This document shows, in pieces, positions 26,193 through 32,000 of a stretch of DNA of 32,000 bases. Positions within the stretch are counted from its first letter, which is position 1; every line of letters starts with the position of its first letter. A program made the position numbers and the translations under genes. The notes under the pieces are model-generated. The model did no database searches, had not been told where the DNA came from, and saw only the letters and a list, made by a program, of their open reading frames with translations. The DNA is taken from the NCBI GenBank assembly GCA_027031765.1, contig JALVPN010000217.1, forward strand, positions 1 through 32,000, in the 5' to 3' direction. Origin of the DNA: Promethearchaeota archaeon. GTDB taxonomy: Archaea; Asgardarchaeota; Thorarchaeia; Thorarchaeales; Thorarchaeaceae.

Positions 26193-27076
26193 GCTGACAG
26201 GACGACTGGCCCCTCTTCGGTGACGAAGACGGTGTGTTCGGCATGGCTGACGGGTCGGCCACTCTTCTCGACCTGCACAGGGAGCGCACGTATCAACTGG
26301 TTCCTGAGGAGGACACGTAGGGCCTCCACTATGTCGATATTGAGGTGTGTACGGATCCACCGGGACGCAAATGGGAACGGGCCGTACCTGTCCCGGAGGT
26401 GCGTGCGCAGCTTCTCAACAACACCTGACAGCTCAACATCCCGACCTGTGTTCTGGAACATGTACACGAGTCGCGAGTCGACGACCATGCCAGCACCGTT
26501 GGTAGCAAAGGGCTCGACCGCATAGCACTCGCCAACCTCTATGCGGTCAGAGGAACGCACCTTCACGTTTGGGACGCTCTTGTCGCAATGGAGGCGGAAC
26601 CGTTGTATCTTGTGACCCGACAAGTTGCGGATAGGACGGAGACCATAGGTCTTGATCACCCCCTCAATGCGGGAGCCCACCTCCCCCAGTTTGACCCCGG
26701 GGGTGAAGAGTGCAATGGTTTCGGACAGCGCATCTTCGACCGCCACCACAAAGGCCTCGAAACTCCCATCGATGTCAACTGTCTTTGCTGTATCGACAAT
26801 GTACCCGTCCACATGCACACCAATATCAATCTTGACAAGACCTGCATCCGGGAGCCGGGAGTGGTCGTCGGATGGCGATGTGTTGTGTGCAACCACATGG
26901 TCGACACCGACACAACACGGGAATGCGGGCTGCCCACCGTACTTGAGGACTAGCCGTTCGGCCAGTGTGCACACATCCAGCACACGCATGCCGGGGCTAA
27001 CCCTCGATGTCACTTCATCGAGCACTCTCGCTGCAATCTTGCCGGCCTTCACAAGGTTCGGATGTGGACTTGGCAT
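26189..27076 (-). CDS. map: Methionine aminopeptidase type II
   Basis: AFPC, KIDIGVHVDGYIVDTA, NLSGH, YAVEPFAT, HAEHTV. Confidence 0.96.
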   Translation of the reverse strand: MPSPHPNLVKAGKIAARVLDEVTSRVSPGMRVLDVCTLAERLVLKYGGQPAFPCCVGVDHVVAHNTSPSDDHSRLPDAGLVKIDIGVHVDGYIVDTAKTVDIDGSFEAFVVAVEDALSETIALFTPGVKLGEVGSRIEGVIKTYGLRPIRNLSGHKIQRFRLHCDKSVPNVKVRSSDRIEVGECYAVEPFATNGAGMVVDSRLVYMFQNTGRDVELSGVVEKLRTHLRDRYGPFPFASRWIRTHLNIDIVEALRVLLRNQLIRALPVQVEKSGRPVSHAEHTVFVTEEGPVVLSA

Positions 27077-27217
27077 TGGGCGTCACAAGGGGCCGTAGAC
27101 AAGCCACATATAGACTGTATGATTTGCACGCCATGGTGGCCGATACCGGGGCGCACTGAGATAAGACCGCATTTCTGGATGGCGGCCGGGTCCATGTCAG
27201 AGAGCCAATGCTACGAC

Positions 27218-27245
27218 GGGGTGGACGGAGGGGGGTGGACGGAGG
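27218..27245 (+). repeat. Exact 14-bp tandem duplication
   Basis: GGGGTGGACGGAGG x2 in the map/rpl3 divergent intergenic region. Confidence 0.85.
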
Positions 27246-27343
27246 ACAAGGTTCAAAAGCAAACATCCCTGTTCGGCCAGAGCAGTAGTACGAATAGCCC
27301 AGTCCAGAGGCCGTTCGGCGAGGAACAGTGATGGTGTTCGATA

Positions 27344-28354
27344 ATGGCACATCGGAAGAAACATGCACCAAGACGCGGGAGCTTGGCGTACCTGCCGAGA
27401 GGACGCGCGTCAAAGTTTGTGCCCCGCATAAAGTCCTGGCCCGAACTCCCTGATGGCTCGGCTGCAAAACTACTTGGTTTCATCGGCTACAAGGCCGGCA
27501 TGACGCATGCTGTGATGACCATCCAACACAAGCACAGTCCGTTCAAGGGACAGGAAACAGTCATCCCCGTGACTGTCATCGACACGCCTCCAATCAGGCC
27601 GTTCTCAATCCGCGGCTACAGGGCGACCCCCTACGGACTGCGGCTGGCCACAGAGGTGCTGGCAAGGGAACTGTCCCCCGACCTCAAGCGGGCGATGCCC
27701 CTCCCGAAGCAGTACGACCATGACTCAAAGATGGAAACCTTCGAGGAGCAGTTGGACACGCTCAGCGAGATACGCATGCTCGTCCACACACAACCAAGAC
27801 TTGCGGCTGTGCCGAAGAAGAGGCCAGATGTTACAGAGTACAAGGTAGGGGCCTCCAGCGTACAGGAGGCTTTCGAGTACGCGAGAGAAATCCTTGGGAC
27901 AGATGTACGTGTTGCTGATGTCCTCCAAGAGGGGACACTGGTAGACACTATTGCTGTGACCAAGGGGCACGGGTTCCAAGGCCCTGTCAGACGGTGGGGC
28001 GTCAGGATACTCCAGCACAAGTCACGTAAGACAAAGAGGGGTGTCGGGTGCATCGGGCCGTGGACACCCACGAACATACGCTACACAGTCCCACGTGCAG
28101 GACAGACAGGGTTCCACACACGCACAAGCTTCAACAACGAGGTCTTGCGGATGGGTGAGCGAGGCGAAGAGATTACCCCTGCAGGTGGCTTCGTGAACTA
28201 TGGTGTGATAAGGGGAGACTATGTGTTGCTGTGGGGCTCTGTGCCGGGCCCTGTGAAGAGGCCAGTCCGGATGCGATACGCCATCCGCCCGCGACGCTCA
28301 CACCTTGGTACGGTGACGAATGTGACATACATCAGTACGGCGTCGAAGCAGTAG
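27344..28354 (+). CDS. rpl3: Ribosomal protein uL3
   Basis: PRRGSLAYLPRGRA, GYKAGMTH, VTKGHGFQGPVRRWG, PRAGQTGFHTRT. Confidence 0.98.
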   Translation: MAHRKKHAPRRGSLAYLPRGRASKFVPRIKSWPELPDGSAAKLLGFIGYKAGMTHAVMTIQHKHSPFKGQETVIPVTVIDTPPIRPFSIRGYRATPYGLRLATEVLARELSPDLKRAMPLPKQYDHDSKMETFEEQLDTLSEIRMLVHTQPRLAAVPKKRPDVTEYKVGASSVQEAFEYAREILGTDVRVADVLQEGTLVDTIAVTKGHGFQGPVRRWGVRILQHKSRKTKRGVGCIGPWTPTNIRYTVPRAGQTGFHTRTSFNNEVLRMGERGEEITPAGGFVNYGVIRGDYVLLWGSVPGPVKRPVRMRYAIRPRRSHLGTVTNVTYISTASKQ

Positions 28355-28371
28355 AGGAGGGCTGAAGGACA

Positions 28372-29160
28372 ATGACTAGAGTAAAGACCTACTCGCTCAA
28401 GGGCAAGGCAGGTAAGGAAGTGGAGTTACCACCACAGTTCGAGACCCCTTTCCGCCCAGATGTGATAAAGCGAGCTGTGCTGTCAATACAGTCGTACCGG
28501 CGCCAGCCACATGGTGTGGACGAGCTGGCAGGGAAGCGCACGACGGCAGAGAGCTGGCAGACGGGACACGGGCGGTCACGTGTACCCCGGGTCAAGGGTG
28601 CAGGGACGCGGGCTGCGAACTCGGGCGCGTTCGCACCAGGGACTGTTGGTGGTCGGGTCGCACACCCACCTGAAAGCCGCAAGGTGATTGTTGAGCGCAT
28701 CAACAAGAAGGAGAAGCGACTGGCAGTCCGCTCAGCAATTGCAGCCACTGCCGACCGCAGGATTGTTGCATCTAGAGGACACAGGATTGACGGCGTGCCC
28801 GAAATCCCACTGGTCGTATCTGACGACCTTGAAGGGCTGCAGACGACACGTGAGGTGAAGGAGTTCGCATTGCGACTCGGTCTGGACGAAGACCTCAGGC
28901 GCGCAGTCAGCGGCAGGAAAATCCGGGCTGGAAAAGGCAAGATGAGAGGACGCCGGCTCAAGACACCCAAGTCGTTCCTGATAGTGGTCGGCAGAGACCG
29001 CGGGGTCTTGAGGGCGGCTAGGAACATCCCCGGGGTCGATGTGTGCGAGGTGCACGGCCTCAACGCGGAGCTCCTAGCACCAGGGACGCATCCGGGACGG
29101 CTCGTAGTCTGGACGAGGTCGGCAATCGAACGCCTCGCCTCAGAGGGGCTGTTCATGTAG
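28372..29160 (+). CDS. rpl4: Ribosomal protein uL4
   Basis: FRPDVIKRAV, AESWQTGHGRSRVPR, GGRVAHPP, RAGKGKMRGR, LAPGTHPGRL. Confidence 0.98.
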   Translation: MTRVKTYSLKGKAGKEVELPPQFETPFRPDVIKRAVLSIQSYRRQPHGVDELAGKRTTAESWQTGHGRSRVPRVKGAGTRAANSGAFAPGTVGGRVAHPPESRKVIVERINKKEKRLAVRSAIAATADRRIVASRGHRIDGVPEIPLVVSDDLEGLQTTREVKEFALRLGLDEDLRRAVSGRKIRAGKGKMRGRRLKTPKSFLIVVGRDRGVLRAARNIPGVDVCEVHGLNAELLAPGTHPGRLVVWTRSAIERLASEGLFM

Positions 29161-29173
29161 GAGGTGACAGGAA

Positions 29174-29437
29174 GTGAGAGACCCAAGCCAAGTCATAATC
29201 CGTCCAGTGGTCACCGAGGCCAGCCTCGATGCGGTGGAGAACGAGAACAAGCTCATCTTCTATGTTGACAGGCGTGCGAATAAACACACGATACGCTGGG
29301 CCGTAGAAACACTGTACGAGGTGGTAGTCGAAAAAGTGAACACCCTCATCATGCCAGATGGAAAGAAGAAAGCGCTCGTGAAGTTGAGCCCAGAGTACAG
29401 TGCTGCGGATGTTGCGACCCAGCTGGGAATATTCTAG
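29174..29437 (+). CDS. rpl23: Ribosomal protein uL23
   Basis: IIRPVVTE, ENKLIFYVD, VEKVNTLI, KKALVKL. Confidence 0.97.
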   Translation: MRDPSQVIIRPVVTEASLDAVENENKLIFYVDRRANKHTIRWAVETLYEVVVEKVNTLIMPDGKKKALVKLSPEYSAADVATQLGIF

Positions 29438-29447
29438 GGGTGGTCAG

Positions 29448-30167
29448 ATGGGAAGAAGAATCCTTGTCCAGAGAAAGGGACGCGGCACAGACCAGTGGCA
29501 GTCACCGGGCCACAAGAAGATTGCTCCCGTCCGACATCCCAAGTGGGCACCCGGGAAGACCTATGTCGGTCGGATCACTGCACTGTACCACGAGCCCGGA
29601 CGCGGCGCACCACTCGCAGAAGTGCAGTTCGAGGGGGAGAATAAGCCGCACTACATGATAGCCCCTGAGGGGGCCTATGTGGGCCAAGTGATTGAGTGTG
29701 GGGAGGACGCTGCGCTTGCTAGTGGCAACACTCTGATGTTGCAACACATCCCAGAGGGAACCCCGATATACAATATAGAGATTAAGCCAGGGGACGGCGG
29801 GAAGCTTGTGAGGTCTTCGGGCCTGGCGGGGACGCTGGTCTCAATAGACGCCACTAAGGCTATTGTCAGACTGCCGAGTCGACAACAGAAGGCCCTGAGC
29901 CCGAGGTGCAGGGCCACAATTGGAATTGTTGCGGGTGGCGGCAGGCCGGAAAAACCGTTCCTGAAGGCTGGCGCTGTGTTCCACCACGTGAGAGGCAGGG
30001 CCCGTAAGTGGCCGGTGGTCAGGGGCGCGGCTATGAACGCCTGCTCACATCCACACGGTGGAGGTGCACACCAGAGCCCAGGACGACCGACAACTGTGAG
30101 CAGACATGCACCGCCCGGCCGCAAAGTAGGTTCAATAGCAGCTAGGAGAACGGGGCGGCGGCGATAG
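29448..30167 (+). CDS. rpl2: Ribosomal protein uL2
   Basis: MGRRILVQRKGRG, HEPGRGAPLA, GGKLVRSSG, WPVVRGAAMNACSHPHGGG, PPGRKVGSIAARRTG. Confidence 0.98.
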   Translation: MGRRILVQRKGRGTDQWQSPGHKKIAPVRHPKWAPGKTYVGRITALYHEPGRGAPLAEVQFEGENKPHYMIAPEGAYVGQVIECGEDAALASGNTLMLQHIPEGTPIYNIEIKPGDGGKLVRSSGLAGTLVSIDATKAIVRLPSRQQKALSPRCRATIGIVAGGGRPEKPFLKAGAVFHHVRGRARKWPVVRGAAMNACSHPHGGGAHQSPGRPTTVSRHAPPGRKVGSIAARRTGRRR

Positions 30168-30391
30168 ACAGACCGCCAGGACCTGTGCTGACGACCGTGT
30201 GACCAACATGGTCGCAGCACAACCACCCCCACATTTACTTGGAATAACAGCCGGCCCTCCAATCAACATACTCCAGTGCAACCCTCGCCCCCGTCCATCG
30301 ATTGGACATGGGGGCGGCATCTCATTTTGGTACAGGCACGTAATACTCACACCAATAACTGGGCCGTCAGTGCGTGTACTTGTGACAAGTC

Positions 30392-30553
30392 ATGCGTCTG
30401 ATTGCAGTACATATCCCGGAGCGGTATGAGGCAGACCTGCAGCGGCTTGTGGACATGAGCCAATACCCGAACCGTTCCGAGGTGATCCGGATTGCAATAC
30501 GCGACCTGCTGAAACGAGAGCTGTGGGGGCGGGTGCCCACAACAAGGCCATGA
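30392..30553 (+). CDS. Ribbon-helix-helix (CopG/Arc/MetJ) regulator, CdrS-like (53 aa, below the ORF-track cutoff)
   Basis: MRLIAVHIPERYEADLQRLVDMSQYPNRSEVIRIAIRDLLKRELWGRVPTTRP*; YPNRSE.IR.A.RDLL signature; 18 nt upstream of ftsZ. Confidence 0.9.
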   Translation: MRLIAVHIPERYEADLQRLVDMSQYPNRSEVIRIAIRDLLKRELWGRVPTTRP

Positions 30554-30571
30554 CCGGAGGCGGACAACAAG

Positions 30572-31843
30572 ATGAGATCCTTGATTGATGCAGCGAGGGA
30601 ACACAGTAGGAGTGAGAGGACAGCAAACACACCACTCGACATGGGACAGGCAAGGATATTGGTTGTCGGCTGTGGTGGCGCGGGCAACAACACGGTCAAA
30701 CGACTGATGACCATTGGGATACAGGGGGCCGAGTGTATTGCAATCAACACGGACAAGCAACACCTCGCCGTGACAACTGCCCATAGGAAGCTGCTGATTG
30801 GTGAGAAGATAACGCGGGGACTGGGCGCAGGAGGATATCCCCATGTCGGTCAGGCAGCTGCCGAGGAGTCTGCCCACGAGCTCGCGGAGATGCTGAGAGA
30901 TGCCGACCTTGTGTTCATCGCCGCAGGGATGGGAGGCGGGACTGGTACTGGCAGCGCACCCGTAGTGGCGGAGATTGCCAAACAGAACGACGCCATTGTC
31001 GTAGGCGTGGTGACAATGCCGTTCAAATTGGAACGGACAAGGATTGACAAGGCGAAGGCAGGACTGGCGCGGCTGCAGGAGAATGCAGACACTGTTGTCG
31101 TCATTGACAACCAGCGCCTGATGGAACTAGTCCCAGACCTCCCCCTTGAGGAGGCATTTGGTGTTGCCGATGAGGTGCTGGCTGGAATGGTCAAGGGAAT
31201 CACCGAGACCATCACCATGCCAAGCCTAATCAACTTGGACTATGCCGATGTGAGGTCAATCATATGTAACGGTGGCGTAGCCCTTGTGGGACTGGGAGAG
31301 GCGTCAGGTGAGGGACGTGCCGAGGCCGCAATAAAGAATGCCCTCAACAGTCCACTACTTGATGTGGAGTGGAGCGGCGCTACGGGAGCCCTAATCCACA
31401 TCACCGGGGGGCCAGACATGTCCTTGGCTGAGGCCAATAGCGTGGGGATGATGGTGTCCGAGAGGATGTCATCGGACGCGAACGTGATATGGGGTGCGCG
31501 TGTTGAGCCCAGATTGACCGGGGTGCTCAGGGTGATGCTAATCCTGACCGGGGTAAAGAGCCCGCAACTACTGCCGCGTGCCCGGGAGGAACGACGGGGG
31601 GCCTCAACAAAGTACCGGCGGCTGGCTGAACTTGGTCTGCTCAGTGCAACGACGCAGACATCCCCAAAGATGGGGGGCTACGCGCCACTGGCACTCGGGA
31701 AGGTGCCGCAGGCCTCTCGTAGACCTGCGTGGGAAGACCGGCTGAAGCCGGCGGACAGACACATGACGCCCAGGGAAAGGGGGACGAGCGCGACGGATAG
31801 GAGCAGGTTGTTAGACGAACTCGGACTGCGGAAACTGTTCTAA
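30572..31843 (+). CDS. ftsZ: Cell division GTPase FtsZ with a long C-terminal tail
   Basis: VVGCGGAGNNT, AINTD, GAGG, AGMGGGTGTG tubulin signature, INLDYADV T7 loop, IWGARV; GGAGG RBS. Confidence 0.97.
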   Translation: MRSLIDAAREHSRSERTANTPLDMGQARILVVGCGGAGNNTVKRLMTIGIQGAECIAINTDKQHLAVTTAHRKLLIGEKITRGLGAGGYPHVGQAAAEESAHELAEMLRDADLVFIAAGMGGGTGTGSAPVVAEIAKQNDAIVVGVVTMPFKLERTRIDKAKAGLARLQENADTVVVIDNQRLMELVPDLPLEEAFGVADEVLAGMVKGITETITMPSLINLDYADVRSIICNGGVALVGLGEASGEGRAEAAIKNALNSPLLDVEWSGATGALIHITGGPDMSLAEANSVGMMVSERMSSDANVIWGARVEPRLTGVLRVMLILTGVKSPQLLPRAREERRGASTKYRRLAELGLLSATTQTSPKMGGYAPLALGKVPQASRRPAWEDRLKPADRHMTPRERGTSATDRSRLLDELGLRKLF

Positions 31844-31946
31844 CACCAACGTAGATATGCGGGCACCACATGTAGTGTCGACTCGCGGGACACACGGGAG
31901 AGCCACCCAAGGCAAACACCGGACTGTAGTTAGCAGACGAAACGAG

Positions 31947-32000
31947 CTACTCCAGACCAATCTCTTCCTTCCACGCCTCGTAGACCTCACGCACACGTTC
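31947..32000 (-). CDS. Possible C-terminal fragment of a gene entering from the right edge
   Basis: Open frame ERVREVYEAWKEEIGLE* reads like an amphipathic helix and ends convergent with ftsZ. Too short to assign. Confidence 0.35.
   Translation of the reverse strand, partial: ERVREVYEAWKEEIGLE

Noticed and set aside
1-32000. CRISPR array, IS/transposase, integrase, or Sec/Pyl recoding
   Set aside because: No regularly spaced repeats, terminal inverted repeats or recombinase motifs. No gene shows an in-frame TGA/TAG followed by continued homology.

Overview
Archaeal chromosomal window, GC-rich and densely coding. It contains mostly housekeeping genes, with no mobile element or CRISPR array. 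Gene content (eS30, TFE-beta/RPC34-like factor, Gar1, Nop5/fibrillarin, DUF61, DUF1512, an unlinked 5S rRNA, a two-domain Lrp-like regulator, and FtsZ) points to a TACK/Asgard-type archaeon. An Asgard (Thorarchaeia-like) origin is my inference and was not tested. Left to right: nuoA plus a NuoB/group-4 small subunit, a membrane-anchored M1 peptidase, gamma-carbonic anhydrase, satP-acs acetate module, tRNA-Ile, an RNA-processing/transcription cluster (trm1, rlmE, TFE-beta, gar1, srp19, rps30e, nop5, flpA, rnhB) interleaved with pyrimidine genes (dCMP deaminase, pyrB, pyrD-pyrK), DUF1512, map, rpl3-rpl4-rpl23-rpl2, and cdrS-like RHH plus ftsZ. Features missing from the ORF track and read directly from the sequence: tRNA-Ile(GAU), tRNA-Pro(UGG) with a 31-nt D-loop intron, tRNA-Trp(CCA) with two introns (37/38 and T-loop 58/59), a 5S rRNA, rps30e and the RHH gene. 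The most striking observation is that all three tRNA introns share the core CUG(G)CGUGUYC despite different positions and host tRNAs.
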